Shown: positions 38,839 to 51,990, numbered from the stretch's first letter. The stretch is DNA of 64,000 nt from Octopus sinensis (GCF_006345805.1 NC_042998.1:149730001-149794000); one strand, 5' to 3'. The notes: a model not told the origin generated them from the letters alone. Numbers and translations: made by a program.

Positions 38839-39650
38839 TCTCTCTCTCTCTCTCTTTCCCTCTTTCTCTCTTTGTCAGCCTGTCTTCTTGTCTGTCAATC
38901 TCTTTCTATCTCTCTCCTTTATCTTTATCTCTCTCTCTCCTTGTGTATATATTGGTAGACTTACAGTCACTACTGTAGAAGCTGGAGGATTTGGTGTGTG
39001 GGTTAGTTGGGGTGGGAGGGTATATCGCGGGAAATAGGATGCAGAAGATCCGTGTTTGCGTATGCAGACGACGTCACAGTCGTAATATTAGGCATGAAAC
39101 ACTTCGAGGTGATCGACAATATTCTAAAGGAATATGGGGTGGTACCAGGAGCGATAATTTACATGTAGTTGTTGGCTCTGGAAAGACAGATCCACACCAT
39201 CAAATAGCGTCGAAGGGAGTAGTGCGTAGGGTGTAGGGCGTAAGTCGTAGGGCTTAGGATGTAGGACGGACGGTTAAATTACTTGGGGGTGGGGCTTGGT
39301 TAGGCTTGGCGCAGACATCCAGGTGGACAACAAATAGGGAAAGGAGTCGAGCAGAGTACTTAGTCCCATCCAGAAATGAGCCGAGAAGAAATACTAGCCG
39401 AAAAACCAGGTGGAGGAGATTGAATATCTATATTCCATCCATCATCTATTACTGTCTGACCGTTAGACCTTGCCCGCTTCGTAGTTGACCAGAACGAAGC
39501 ACTTGCTCATCCATTTTTTTGTGGAGGTAGGTAGGATGTGTTCCGCTTGTCAGACAGTTTCTTTGGTACCAACTTCCGCTGAGTGAAGAACTGAGTATAG
39601 CTAGACAAATGATTCCGCAAACGCATTGCCTCATAAGATTTCTCTTTCTA
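38400..39650 (+). mobile_element. Tx1/L1-clade RT fragment interrupted by (CT)n
   Basis: SIHDTVHL..IVE, ALINLDQ..F.KVN, VFAYADDVTVVI (39052-39087), VKLLGV, IPSIIYY. Confidence 0.7.
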
Positions 39651-40349
39651 GATCACGTGAGCACATTAAGGTGTTTCATTGTAATGTAGTGTAGCAGTGA
39701 TGTGAGGTTGTGGCTGGACGTAATATTATGCTGTTGGATAAGACTGCGTTTTGTAGCAATATGGCGCAGTGGTGGTGGTGGTGGTGGAGGTTGTAATAGG
39801 ATTGTAACGAGACATCTGACAATACTTTGACGAAAATAATTTTTTATTATTATTGCTGTTTTTGATGTTAATCGCAGAAGTGTTGAGAGTGATGATGATG
39901 ATGATGATGGAAGTAGTTGTGGTAGTGGTGCTGTTACTGCTGCTGCTGATAATGATGTGGTTGATGATCGTATTGGTGGTGGTGATGGTTGTGGGGGTTG
40001 GGATTGTGGTCGTCGTTGTGGAGATGTGGTGGTTGTACATTGGTGGTGGCATTGGTTGTTGTAGCAGTGTTGATGATTATGGTGGTGGTAATGGTGATGA
40101 TGACGATGACGATGATGATGATGACGTTGAAGTGGTGGTGTTGGTGTTGGCCGTAATGATGATGATGATGGTGGGGAGGAGGAGGAGGAGGAAGGGATGA
40201 TGATGATGATGATGATAGTAATGCTTTCGCATCAGCTGAAATTACAATAATTTGTAAAGACGCAGATGCTGCACTTTCAACAGTAACTCGTCCTCTAGGG
40301 ATCTAGTTTTGATCATTAGCAGCGGAACTTAAAGTGGTTTTATCGTACC

Positions 40350-40417
<68 letters not shown>

Positions 40418-40559
40418 CACTCGTACATACACTCGTATACATAACACATACATAACACATACACTCCTTACTTCCCCTTCATTTCACTCTCTCTCTTTCT
40501 CCTCCACTCGTTTCCACTCAACTCTTTTCTTCGTTTCTCACAATAGGGATTATAAACAG

Positions 40560-40754
40560 CGATTCGTATATATAACTAGTTAGGGATGCCAAAAAATATG
40601 AATATACATAAATACACACACGCACCCATACACACTGTAAGCTCATAAATATATAAATAACTCATACATATATCTGTGTGTGTATATAAATATATATATG
40701 TATGTATACATGCATGTATATATACGTATGCATGTATATATATATATATATAAT

Positions 40755-40822
<68 letters not shown>

Positions 40823-40847
40823 CATACATACATATATACATACATAC

Positions 40848-40894
<47 letters not shown>

Positions 40895-41015
40895 AGTATG
40901 TATAAATGCATACATTATATATATGTATATATATGTGTGTGAGTGCGTGTAAATATGTATGTTTAGACACACACGCAACACACATATACACGCGTAAAGA
41001 AGTACACATACACAC
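40560..41015. repeat. (TA)n/(TACA)n block
   Basis: Direct reading. Confidence 0.9.
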
Positions 41016-41679
41016 CTCTATATGAACAGCAAGTTATTTTTTCCTTCTATTAAAACCCTAATGATGCTTCTACAGTGGATATAGGTCCCATCGACAATTT
41101 TAATGTTGAGTTTTTCCTTGTTCACAGATGTTTCGAGTTAGTCTCTGCTCGTTAAAAGTACAACTTCCTGAATTATGTTGTTAGCAACGTTTCGAGTGTA
41201 TTCGACTCGTTTTCAAGGGTTCCTAAGTGGTGAAACAACAAAAACGAAAACACTGGCTAAAATTACTGGCCTGCACACCATTTCATGACGTTTTATAGTG
41301 AACTGAGTTGAGATGATTTTGAAGTGGCATCAAATGTGACATACATGCAGGCGCTGTATTAGTTATTAGTCGACGTCCATTGCTGGTCAGTTGTCAGTTA
41401 TTTGAAAGATATTGTTTCATTCAACGTATCTTACATCTTTTTGTATCTGTTTGGTTTTGCTTTTTAAAGATGAATGCTTAATGAATTGTCTTTTTTATTG
41501 CATAGGAAAGCGCCTTTGTGACGTTGTACAAGTTTATCCACTACTTCTTACATTTCGAACCAGACCGATTAGAAATGACAAATAATTATACCACAACAAA
41601 TACGCACACTTTTGCCATTTTTAAAAAGATCAAAAAAAAAGTTGCTTCTTTACAGATAATTTAAAAGTTTCGGTTGCAT

Positions 41680-42145
41680 GTGTGTCTATGTGGTAAGAAG
41701 TTTGCTTCCTAGCCACAAGGTTCTTGGTTGCGAGACACCAGGGTGACCAACGCCTTGTGAGTGGACTTGCTAAACGGAAACTCAGAGAAGCCCTTCGTAT
41801 ATCTTTTATTTTTAATTTGTTTCTATCACTGATCTGTGGCTATGCTGGAGCACCGCCTTGAAGAATTTTAGTCGAACAAATCGTCTCCAGTACTTTTTAA
41901 AGCTTGGTATTTATTCCGTCGGTCACTTTTGCAGAACCACTAAGTTACGGGTGCGTAAACACACCAACACCAGGGAACGAACACAGATACTCACACACAT
42001 ATACACACGCACACACACACATACATGAATACGATCACGTTTTTCAGCTACCGTCTATCAAATCCATTCAAAAGGTTCTGAGTAGTACAAGGACATAGTA
42101 GAAGACACTTGCCCTGAAACCAGAACCATGTGGTTGGGAAGTAAA
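41680..42145. mobile_element. Two SINE fragments (plus 41680-41800; minus 41815-42145), same family as 3355-3772
   Basis: gtggtaagaagtttgcttcc...ccttgtgagtggac; gctggagcaccgcc...agaagacacttgccc...aaccatgtggttggg. Confidence 0.75.
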
Positions 42146-42349
42146 CTTGTTACTGTATCTATTTGTGTATGCTTTTGTGTTTGTGTTTGTCCTTCGCCAC
42201 CTCTTGAAAACCTTGGCGATAAGAGATCGATACAATAAATATCAGACTTTCAAAACAAAAGAAAAAAGTTCGATTAAACTCTTCAATGCAGTGTTTCAGC
42301 ATGGCTGCAGTCCAATGGCTGAAGCAAAATAAACGATGAAAGATGTGTT

Positions 42350-42590
42350 TCGGAATGCAATCTTCACTTGTGTAGCGTTACAGCATTCCTACTTCATGCT
42401 ACCAGAAGCCTAAATCTGAGCATTTACATCAAATACCATTTGGATGGATTACTATTCGATCTACGTCATCTCGTTGCGCATGTAAAGACCCTCCGGAAGC
42501 GCGTTCTCTGCTGACGACGGTACACTCATGGCACACCACAAAATGGAAGAAAATAGATTTTCAAACAATTGTTCATAGATTCTCCGCTAT
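42350..42590 (+). pseudogene. RTE (BovB-like) RT fragment
   Basis: IYIKYHLDGLLFDLRHL..K..., FSADDGTLMAH, QTIVHRFSA. Confidence 0.6.
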
Positions 42591-42958
42591 ATACATGTTG
42601 TTCATTTCGACAATCTGCCTCAGTAAGACAGTGGTCCTCCTTCAACCTGTACCTAACAGCACCGCACCACAACCATGCATTAGCATCGATGACACACAAC
42701 CACAAAGCCCTTGATTGAGTATTTGCGTTAAGAATCAAGAAAACAAGCGACGCACAGGAAATGTTTTGCAGCACAAATCAATTGGTGGTAATTGAACAAC
42801 TAGTAGAAAACAACAAAACATTTGTTGATGGTAGGACAGTACTTTAATGGAGCAAAACTGATTTCACTCCCACCTCAAGTTTCGTTTTTGACGGCTGTTT
42901 TTTAAGCTGATGGAATAAACGGTTAATTGTGACATTTGAAATCCCAGTCACACACACT

Positions 42959-43017
<59 letters not shown>

Positions 43018-43101
43018 GTGTGTGTGTGTATAAATATTATCTTTTAGGGAATAACAATTCCGGCATAACAGGTTCAAATTATTCTCAATGAAGAAATATA
43101 T

Positions 43102-43489
43102 TTTAATTTAGAGATAGTATACCCCTACTTCTCACCAAATAAAAAGAATTTTTATTTTTATTTTAAATACCTACTGTTTTATTCCTTGACAACACGTGTT
43201 TCATGGGGTACATCCTCGGGTTCCTAAACATACCTAATTTAAACATATTTATGGGATTTAAAATTAAAATATAGTTTATTGTGTTGAACATTGATAAAGT
43301 TATAAGGGCCTGATGATTGGGGTGGTATCTTGAGAGGGGTTCCAGGGAAACACGAAGTGGTTTAGGAACCCGAGGATGTACCTCATGAAACACGTGTTGC
43401 CATGGAATAAAACAGTAGGTATTTAAAATAAAAATTTAAAAAATATTTTTATTTGGTGAGAAGTAGGGGTATACTATCTCTAAATTAAA
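43102..43489. mobile_element. Foldback/MITE with ~130-bp near-perfect TIRs
   Basis: tttaatttagagatagtatacccctacttctcaccaaataaaaa...catcctcgggttcctaaac / gtttaggaacccgaggatg...ggtgagaagtaggggtatactatctctaaattaaa. Confidence 0.9.
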
Positions 43490-43509
43490 TATATATATAT
43501 ATATATAAT

Positions 43510-43723
43510 CTTTTCTACTATCGATACAAGACCTGAAATATGGCGGGAGGGTCGAGTCGATTATGTCGACACCTAGTGCTTGAGTGGTACTTATTCTATC
43601 GACCCAGATATGATGCAAGGCAAAGCCGGCCTCAACGGAATTTGACCTCAAAAAGTAAAGACGAGCAAAATGCTTAGCGGCATTTGATCCGGCGTGCTAA
43701 TGATTCTGCCAGTTCACCGCCTT
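43510..43723 (-). mobile_element. Degenerate SINE (family of 19975)
   Basis: tgctaatgattctgccagttcaccgcctt head on minus strand. Confidence 0.75.
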
Positions 43724-43811
43724 ATATTTAAATATAATACAAAGCTGTATATTACAGATCTATATTTAAGAGATGAGGAATTATGAACATTATTTACATT
43801 ATTTACAATTG

Positions 43812-44124
43812 CCGGGTGGAGGCACATGGCCTAGTCGTTAGAGCAGCGGAATCGCGGTCGAGGGATCGCGGGTTCGAATCTCAGACCGGGCGATGTATGT
43901 GTTTATGAGCGAAACACCTAAGCTCTACGCGGCTCCGGCAGAAGGTAATGGCGAACTTCTGCTGATTCTTTCGCCACAACTTTCTCTCACTCTTTCCTCC
44001 TGCATCTTGCAGTTCACCTGCGACGGACCGCGTCCCGTCCAGGTGGGGAACCTATAGGCCAAGGAAACCGGGAAATCGGCCATTATGTGCCAGGCATGGC
44101 TCGATAAGGAACAAAAACAACAAA
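43812..44124 (+). mobile_element. tRNA(Arg-like)-derived SINE with 7-bp TSD, inserted in the left arm
   Basis: tggcctagtcgttagagc...gcgggttcgaatctc; tail (AAC/AAAAC)n; TSD acaattg 43805-43811 / 44125-44131. Confidence 0.85.
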
Positions 44125-44162
44125 ACAATTGACGGATATTTGTCATCATCTTGTTTATTGTT

Positions 44163-44208
44163 AACACAACGTTTCGGCTGATATACCCTACAACCTTCAT
44201 CAGGTATC
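44163..44208 (-). ncRNA. Type-I hammerhead motif (family A)
   Basis: Minus: GAUAC-CUGAUGA-A-GGUUG..CAGCC-GAAA-CG-UU-GUGUU. Confidence 0.7.
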
Positions 44209-44328
44209 TTGGGGAAACCACTACGTCATATGCCTTCGGGCATATGGTGTAGTGATTAAGAGCGCGCGCTACTAACCCAAGGATTCCGAGTTCGATTCCA
44301 AGCAGTGACCTGAATAATAATAATAATG

Positions 44329-44380
<52 letters not shown>

Positions 44381-44416
44381 CTTAGGAATGAGAATCCAGG
44401 TTCAAAATTTCCCCAA

Positions 44417-44462
44417 AACACCTGATGAAGGCTGAAGGGTATATCAGCCGAAACGTTGTGTT
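44417..44462 (+). ncRNA. Type-I hammerhead motif (family A), best copy
   Basis: AACAC-CUGAUGA-A-GGCUGA(aggguaua)UCAGCC-GAAA-CG-UU-GUGUU: perfect stems I and II, palindromic ACGU stem III. Confidence 0.75.
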
Positions 44463-45769
44463 AACAACAAACAAGATGAGGACAAATATCCGTCAATTGT
44501 AAATAATATAAATAAAGCTGTATATATTTGTACGCTTAGATATGGCGTATGTGCAGGTATGTGTGCAAGGATAACCATAAAAGTGAAGTGTTAGATGAGG
44601 GAATACAATGTAGGATGGAAGTTCAGAGGTCAATGAATATGAAATCAAGATGGCGTTCCACAGATATATTTCCGCACTTCACATTTTCATTTAGTATTGC
44701 TAATCCTCATAGCAGCTTCTCTACTCGCTTACTGCATGCATTTAAAATGGGTTATCTTCCCAGCTTCCAATTTCCTAAAATGTCTGATGAGGATGGGCTC
44801 GCTCCTATGTTAGAGATGTTGAAAATAGTTTATTCGTGAATTTAAGAACGTATTAGATATGGCAGCGGTCAATCCACGGCTGCGCCTATTGGAACAGGAT
44901 GCAGCTGAAAACAGGATGTGTGTATGTGTGTGCGCGCTCTTGTGTCTGCGAGTATGTCTGCATGTGAGAGAGAAATGGAGACACTATAAGTGTATTTTAC
45001 CACCCCTACAAACACACGCATAAACATTCACACGTACCCCTCCCCCCCACACACACATACATCTTTGTTATCATGCAAAAGTGTCGTAAGTCCAAAGCGT
45101 TACTGTTTCAGAAAACGAACAAATAGTTTTACCACTCCATTTCTTTTTACATTAATAACACTTTCCGCTTAACAATTAAACTTTGCTGGATGTATAAAAT
45201 CGTAACTCCTTGTAAATCTTTTGTATGTGGGACTTGTTACACTTTAGAGAAATTCTAAACCGTTGTACTACACTTTGACAGTTTTCATACTTTGGCATCT
45301 GAAGCAGCCGGAGATACGATAGAACCGGCTATTGCAAGCAAAATTAAATGTTGAAAAAAAAAGAAAAAAAAAGGCATTTAGCCAAATGTGAACATACGAC
45401 AGTTTATCTTAATAGCAACGAAATGTACTCATGTGTCTGTGTGTGTGCGGTGATCATGATTACGGTTATACTGTATATATGAATATGGTATTAGTTCTGT
45501 ACCAAGAAAATCGAGTTATTTGGTTGTGGTTGTTACGGTGACTATTTAATTTAGATGTGAAACCCAAAGGGCGATGAATTGCAGATACAGTTTCTGAAAG
45601 TATTTGCCTTATTTAGTAACATACATTATTGTTGGGAACAAAAATGTTGTCAGCATCGACCTTGCCTTTCGTTTCATGTAGCCTGGTATAAAAAAAACTG
45701 GGATCAATTAAATTGACAACATCCAGGCCCTGATTCCTGTGTTTTTCTACGGAATCTTGCCAATAATTT

Positions 45770-45950
45770 TGTTTACTATAAGCAAAAGATCCGCAATTTT
45801 GTGGGTGAGGTTATTCCAGTTACTTACTTTATTGATCCTCAAAGGATGAAAGAAAAAGACGACATCAGCGGAATTTGAACGCAGAACGTAAAACCGAAAG
45901 AAATATACTGAGCACTTTTTTTCGTGACGTGATAACGATTCTGCCAGCTA
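45770..45950 (-). mobile_element. Degenerate SINE (family of 19975)
   Basis: aaaggatgaaag...gcggaatttgaacgcagaacgtaa...taacgattctgccagct. Confidence 0.7.
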
Positions 45951-46059
45951 TCTTCTTTGAAAAACATAGTCAATTTGAAAAGTGTGTAGTAGACTTAAAT
46001 CGCTATCTTGTGTAACGCCAGCTACTAGTTTTGGGTGCCTTTTGTAGCTTCCACTTTGT

Positions 46060-47100
46060 TGTAAGGTTTCGAGCAGAGTCTCTGTCTTGAAGGTACGTTG
46101 CTATTCTTCTTCAGTCATGGAAAAGAAAAAAGTGAAATGTGAGTGGGTTATGGGTAGAGAAAGAAAGGTTAGAGGATAATGGTAAAAATTGTAATTTTAG
46201 AGGAATATTCAATTTGGTAAGGACTGAATGCGATGGGAAAATATCTGTTATAAGGTCAGAGATGAGAGGAAAGTCGAAGAATATAAGCAAGCAGTTTTGA
46301 GAAATAGGTGGGATGTGAAATCAGAATGGAATTGAGGTGGAGAGTGAGAAGACATGTATTCTTGTTGTGTTTCATTATATGTCAAACAGACATATGATCA
46401 TTGGCGTTCCGACCGTGACTGTCTTACGTGTGATTTTTTTTTATTTAGGTAGAGATAAACGAATACATCATCTTTCTTGTGTGTGATTTGACGGAGATTT
46501 GACTGCCAAGTATAGAAGATGGAACAATCACCCGGAGACTCTTTTGTTCACTCGCGTAGGCATGGGTACGGAGTTCTGGTGGTGATGACGGTATTTTTAG
46601 CGGTGGTGGTGCTGATAAAGAATTCCAAAAAGACAGCTCCTCCCCATCACCGCCATCATTATAACGTTGTACACTCCGTTACCTCTGGAGCCTCTAGAGA
46701 TGTTTAATTACTCTAGACATCTTTAATTAAATCAGTAAGTTAATCAATTTGTTCATTATTATGTGAAATGCTATAGAAGTATTTAAAAAAAATATTTAAA
46801 CTTGCTGTAAGTTATAGGTATTTCTACTGAGTTAATATTCTTGGCAATCCATGACCCCGGCGGAGTACAGTGTTGCGGAGAGTATGAGGAAACAAAATAA
46901 AGACGTTGGGAGAAGAAACAGGGTCATTGGTACCTTTCGATGGAATTGGTTGTATGGTATTGGTTCCGATAAGTAAAGAAGTCTTTTGTGATATGAGTTA
47001 AAGACAAGAGGAAGCAAAAAGGTAGTGTATGTGAACCAGGGGCTGTGTTATGTTGAAATGTGAACCAATCAACTGAATGAAATCCGTTTTCATGTCATAT
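46060..47100 (-). pseudogene. Decayed Penelope-like RT thumb remnants
   Basis: FNSYH...PIPYNQFHR; ISHPT...IL; weak. Confidence 0.35.
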
Positions 47101-47677
47101 GAATGTAGTTCTCTGTTATGGTTCGTTCTTGGATTCAGTAGAGGTTCAGGCACTCATCAGAGTTGATGGATTTTCTGGCCTGAACCAGTTGTCATGTGTG
47201 TGTGTGAGTGTATGTGTGTGTGTGTATGAATGATGTGTATGTATGTGTTTGTGCGTGTATGGAATGAGTGTATGTGAAGAAGTATTAATAATGTGTAAAG
47301 CAGCATAAACTTCGTAGGATTGCATGTGGTTTTAACAGAAACGAAGAAGATATGAAAGAGATAAAAGGCGCGTGAAATACCTTGGTAACGTGGTGAACTT
47401 CCTCGGAATAGTTCTACCAGAAATCTGGTGCTGTAGATATTCAAGATTGGATTTTGCCAGCCTACAACGAAATGCAGCGAACGAAAGACGTTTGTAGTTA
47501 TCAAAAATACATGAATATTTGGCCGAGTGACAGCAATAGTAAAAAATTGTAATGCTTTCAAAATACTTTCTGTTTGATCCGAAGACATTTTATGTATACA
47601 TACATGTATACATACATGCATACATACAACCATACATACACACGCACACATACCTACTTACATTGATGCATATAATA

Positions 47678-48228
47678 TTGGGTTGTCCTGAAAGTTCGTG
47701 CCGATTTATAGTAGCTTACCATTCGACTTATTTTAGAACATGGCTGAGTCCATAAAATAGGATTTGACTACACCTCCATTTAGAGCACAGTTTAAGCTAT
47801 CTTTTCGTGGAAGAAGATTTACGTTCCTATAATCTGTGTTCATTCTGTAACCCTTTAAAATGGAAGATAAGAAAGTTCATTTTCGGCACTTGGGAACCAG
47901 ACAAAAATTTCGGCAGCTCGGCTGGGATGTGTTAACCAACCCTCCATATTCACCAGATATTCGGATTTCCACTTATTCAGGTCTCTGCAGAATAGTCTTA
48001 ATGGTAGCATTTTCAATTCCTTGGATGACGTAAAAAGATACCTTGATGAATTCTTTGCCATGAAACCACCTCAATCCTGGGAAGAGTGTATTTTCTAGTT
48101 AAAGGAAAGATGGAGATGCATTGTGTAACAAAATGCTTCATATTTGGTTGATTAAAAATGTAACGGCAAGTATCTATTGATCTTTTTCTTTCCTTTAAAA
48201 ATCGGCACGAACTTTCCGGACAACCCAA
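47678..48228 (+). mobile_element. Non-autonomous mariner deletion derivative with TIRs and TA TSD
   Basis: TA-ttgggttgtcctgaaagttcgtgccgattt ... aaatcggcacgaactttccggacaacccaa-TA; internal PYSPDI..SDFHLFRSLQNSL remnant. Confidence 0.9.
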
Positions 48229-48247
48229 TATATACACGTCTGTAAAT

Positions 48248-48311
<64 letters not shown>

Positions 48312-48619
48312 GTGTGTGTGTGTGTGTGTTGTGTGTGTGTGTGGTGTGTGTGTGTGTGTGTGTTTGTATGTATTTATCTACACGCAAACACACATATATA
48401 CACACACAGAGTACACATTACACAAAATGACAGTTACTTTGACATTTCACCAAAGATGCATTTTAAACCTTCTACTTCTAGAAAGTAGCTGCATAGTATC
48501 TGTAGTTATCGAATATGGAGTAAATTATTTTCAATGTGTATAGAAGAATAATGGTAACTAGATAAAGACAACGAAATAAATAAGAATTGCCACCATATTA
48601 ATGTAGTCAATTTAGAGTT

Positions 48620-48830
48620 TAAGCAAGGCGGCGAACTGGCAGGATCGTTAGTACGCCGGGAAAACGTTCCGTGGCATTTCGCACGTATCTACGTTTTGAG
48701 TTCAAACTCCAGCGAGGTCGACTCTGCCTTTTATCCTTTCGGGATCGATAGCATAAGTACCAGTTTATTACTGGGATCGATGTAACCGACTTAGACTCTC
48801 TCCCAAAATAGCTGGCCTTGTACAATAGTT
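48620..48830 (+). mobile_element. Degenerate SINE (family of 19975)
   Basis: aaggcggcgaactggcaggatcgttagtacgccgg...gagttcaaactcc...ataagtaccag. Confidence 0.8.
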
Positions 48831-49085
48831 TGAAACTATTTTGAAATAGTTTCAAATATAGAGTTTGAAAACTAGTTTGAAATATAGAGTTTAAGAAGAG
48901 AAAAGAGTTTTGTATTATTTCAGCGATTGCTTGTGTAAGTAGAGTTTAGATGTTAAGGTATTCAATATACATTTAATAAAATAGAGTATTCTAACTCCAG
49001 AGAAACATATGAAGTATAATGTCTCTAAAATATAGAAATATAAACGATGGTGTACATTACGAAACTAAGGCCATGAGGGATGATA

Positions 49086-51990
49086 TTTTTTTTTGTTAAT
49101 TTGTTAATTTTTGGGCTCAAAAAGCAAAAGCAAGGCCATGTAGGGGGACATGGAGTTATGTACAGGGAAGGTGTTCATGCAAAGAGTTCAGGCCATTTCT
49201 GGTTAAGAGAGTCTTTGAACCGAGCGGTCGTCGGCATCTTCACTATTTCGTCCAGCAGCTTATTCCACGGATCCGCAACCCGGACGGAGAAAGCCCCTCT
49301 CCGATTGAGATGAAATCGTCGCAGATAGAGCTTTTCGGAGTGACTCCGCAGCTGACGCTCTGGAGCAGGAGTGAAGAACAGCTCTTTCGAGAGGTTACAC
49401 TTTCCGCTTATGATGTTGTGAGCGAGAATGAGATCAGCACGGCGTCGTCGTTTTTCTAGAGAATAAAGGTCGAGCGTCTTCAGCCTTTCTTCATAGGACA
49501 AATGTTTGAGACCAAGAACCATGCGGGTAGCCAGCTTCTGGACTCTTTCGAGATGATGTATGTCTTTGAGGAGACAAGGAGAAGAGGCTTGAATCCCGTA
49601 CTCCAATATGGGTCTCACCAGCATGACATAGAGCGGTAGGAATATGGCTGTTGTGAGCATTCCGAATGACCGTCGAATCAAAAACAGAACTCCGCGTGAT
49701 TTGTTGGCAGCGTGGACGCATTGGGCTGAAGGCGAAAAGGAAGAATCCACTAAGATACCCAGGTCTTTTACCTGGTCGGTCCTCTCCAGCAGCAGACGAC
49801 CCGGCTCGAAATCAAGTTGAGATGCAGGAGAGGAGCCAACCGGCAAATGACAGCACTTTGACTCGTTCAGACACTGGTCCCATTCGTTAGACCATCTCCA
49901 AACTTGGTGGAGGCATCGACGAAGATCAGCTATATCACTTCGAGGAGCGACCAGTTTGACATCATCGGCAAATAGAAGAGTGTGTTGCGTGAGGTCGTCG
50001 GGCAAGTCATTTATGAAGACTAAAAACAATAACGGCCCAAGCACTGAACCTTGAGGCACGCCACTGCTCGCACTGGAGACGTCGGACAGCGAACCATTAA
50101 CTTGGACTTGGAAGGAGCGATCTGAGAGTAAAGCACCAACCCATCGTACAATATCCGGATGGAAACTATATGCTTGAAGCTTGACAAGTAATAGGCGGTG
50201 GTTAACCGAGTCAAAAACTTTGGCAAAGTCCAATAAAACGATGTCAACAGCATCACCATCATCGAGGATACGCGTCACCAATTCTTCCAAGCATGATCTC
50301 TTCGGCACGAAGCCGTGCTGGGAATCAGAGATAGAGGCTGTGTTTTGGAGGTGGAGCAACATACTTTTCTTGAGGATGGTTTCGAACATCTTGCTGATTA
50401 TTGAAGTAAGGGAAACCGATCGGTAGTTAAGCGGGTCTTCGCGGCTCCCTTTCTTGAAAATCGGGCAGATTATCGCTGTTCTCCAGTCCGCAGGTACAAC
50501 ACCCGTCGCCGATGACATATTGAATAGAAGTGTTAAAGTTTCGCAGATGACCGGAACCAACGCTTCGATAACCTGTGGGTGTATGCCGTCAGGGTCGTGA
50601 CCCTTGTTGACATCGAGGCCTTGAATAACGCGTTCGACTTCGTCCCGAGAGATGACCTATCTAGGCATTGGAGGTACCGATCTATCAAATGGAGGGGGTT
50701 CACGACCATCATCTTGTTTGAAAATTGTCGAAAAAGCCTCGGCAAATAACTGACTCTGCTGATAAGGGTCCTCAATCGATACACCTGTTGAGTCTACCAA
50801 CGTTGCAATTTGGTTGTTCAAGCGGGAATTCAGTTGGACATGGGCAAAGAAGGTTTTTGGATTGCGACTGGCATTTGCCGCGATTCTGTATTCATATATG
50901 AAACGTTCTTCCTTCTCAATTTTCACGGCTCGGTCTCGTTGAGCTTTGTACACCTCAAAAGCTGCTGTCGAATCTAGATTTTTGAATTCAGCCCAAGCAA
51001 TATCTCTGAGTCGAAGTTCACGTTTAACCTTCTTCGTCACCCAGGGCTTGTGTTTCTTCTTCTTGGGAAGCCCAACGGGAACTGCTTGGTCAGTCAACCA
51101 GGTTACATATGCTTTGAGGGACGACCATAGTTCGTCAACTGAGGACATCGCCATCAGGGATCGCCAGTCCAGAAGTGCAGAAGCCTCGGTTAGAATTTCA
51201 AGATTGATTGCAGAGAAGACTCTACGTGGCAGCGAAGTAGTCGTGGGCGTAGAAAAAGTTGTGTGCATGACGAACTTCAGGACCGCGTGATCACTCTTGG
51301 CAAGAGGGGCGCACACAGATAAGCCTGACACTGATCTTGGATAGCGGGAGAATACCAGATCCAGCATAGATGGCTGCTGTCCAGACCGATGCCTTGTCGG
51401 AGATTCAATATGTTGCGATAGAAAACAATCTTCAACCACGTCAAGAAGGGCCTGACCGAACCGAGAAGATGATGTACAAATTTATGCGCGCCAGTCGATC
51501 GTGGGAGCGTTAAAGTCTCCTAATACCAAAGATTCATGAGAAGATGAAACGAATCTTATCGCTTCGAGTAAATGAGCATCGTCCTGGGGGTCGGCAAGAG
51601 GCGGCCTGTAGACAGCTAACACGGGCAGGCAAAACCCGGGTAGTCTCAGCTTGCAATAGACAGCATCGAATTTTGTTGTAGGTTGAGCATTAGTGAGTAG
51701 AATACCGCTGGACGGTTTGAGATCAGATCTAACATACACAGCAACACCTCTATCTCGCCTTTTTTTCTCTGTCACATCTGAAGAGGGCGTAGCCCTGTAG
51801 GTGGATCTCCGAGTCCTTTACTACTGGAGTCAGCCAAGTCTCGGTGATAGCTATCACATCTGGGGAATCACGCATGGCCAGTGTAAATAATTCGCTGAAC
51901 TTTGGAAATAAGGAGCACGAGTTGGTATAGACAATGCTGAGCTGTGAAGTTTGAGGGGCGGGAATTAGGGAACAAGCAGAATATTACAAT
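49086..51990 (-). mobile_element. CR1-clade LINE, near-complete ORF2 (APE + RT), 5' truncated
   Basis: VYTNSCSL..IAITETWL, VYRPP, LGDFNAP.IDW, SDHAVL, YRSVSLTS, QHGF, LDFAKVFDSV, GVPQGSVLGPLLF, LFADD, LERVQ, FSVRVADPWNKL; tail (AAATTAAC)x2 + A-run. Confidence 0.92.
49175..50560 (-). pseudogene. CR1 RT domain ORF (461 aa)
   Basis: ORF track. Confidence 0.85.

Larger units (their letters stand above)
43753..44513. mobile_element. Head-to-head inverted dimer of tRNA-headed hammerhead element with 12-bp candidate TSD
   Basis: aaagctgtatat at 43741-43752 and 44514-44525; palindromic centre ccactacgtcatatgcc-ttcg-ggcatatggtgtagtg; HHR on each arm. Confidence 0.85.

Noticed and set aside
41120-41220. 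Two degenerate minus-strand hammerhead-like motifs (UUGAAAA-c-GAGU..ACUC-GAAACGUU)
   Set aside because: Several core substitutions and weak stem I
44239-44305. Possible tRNA gene (also 2760-2812 and 43812-43890)
   Set aside because: No complete acceptor stem; continues into repeat bodies, so these are SINE-type heads
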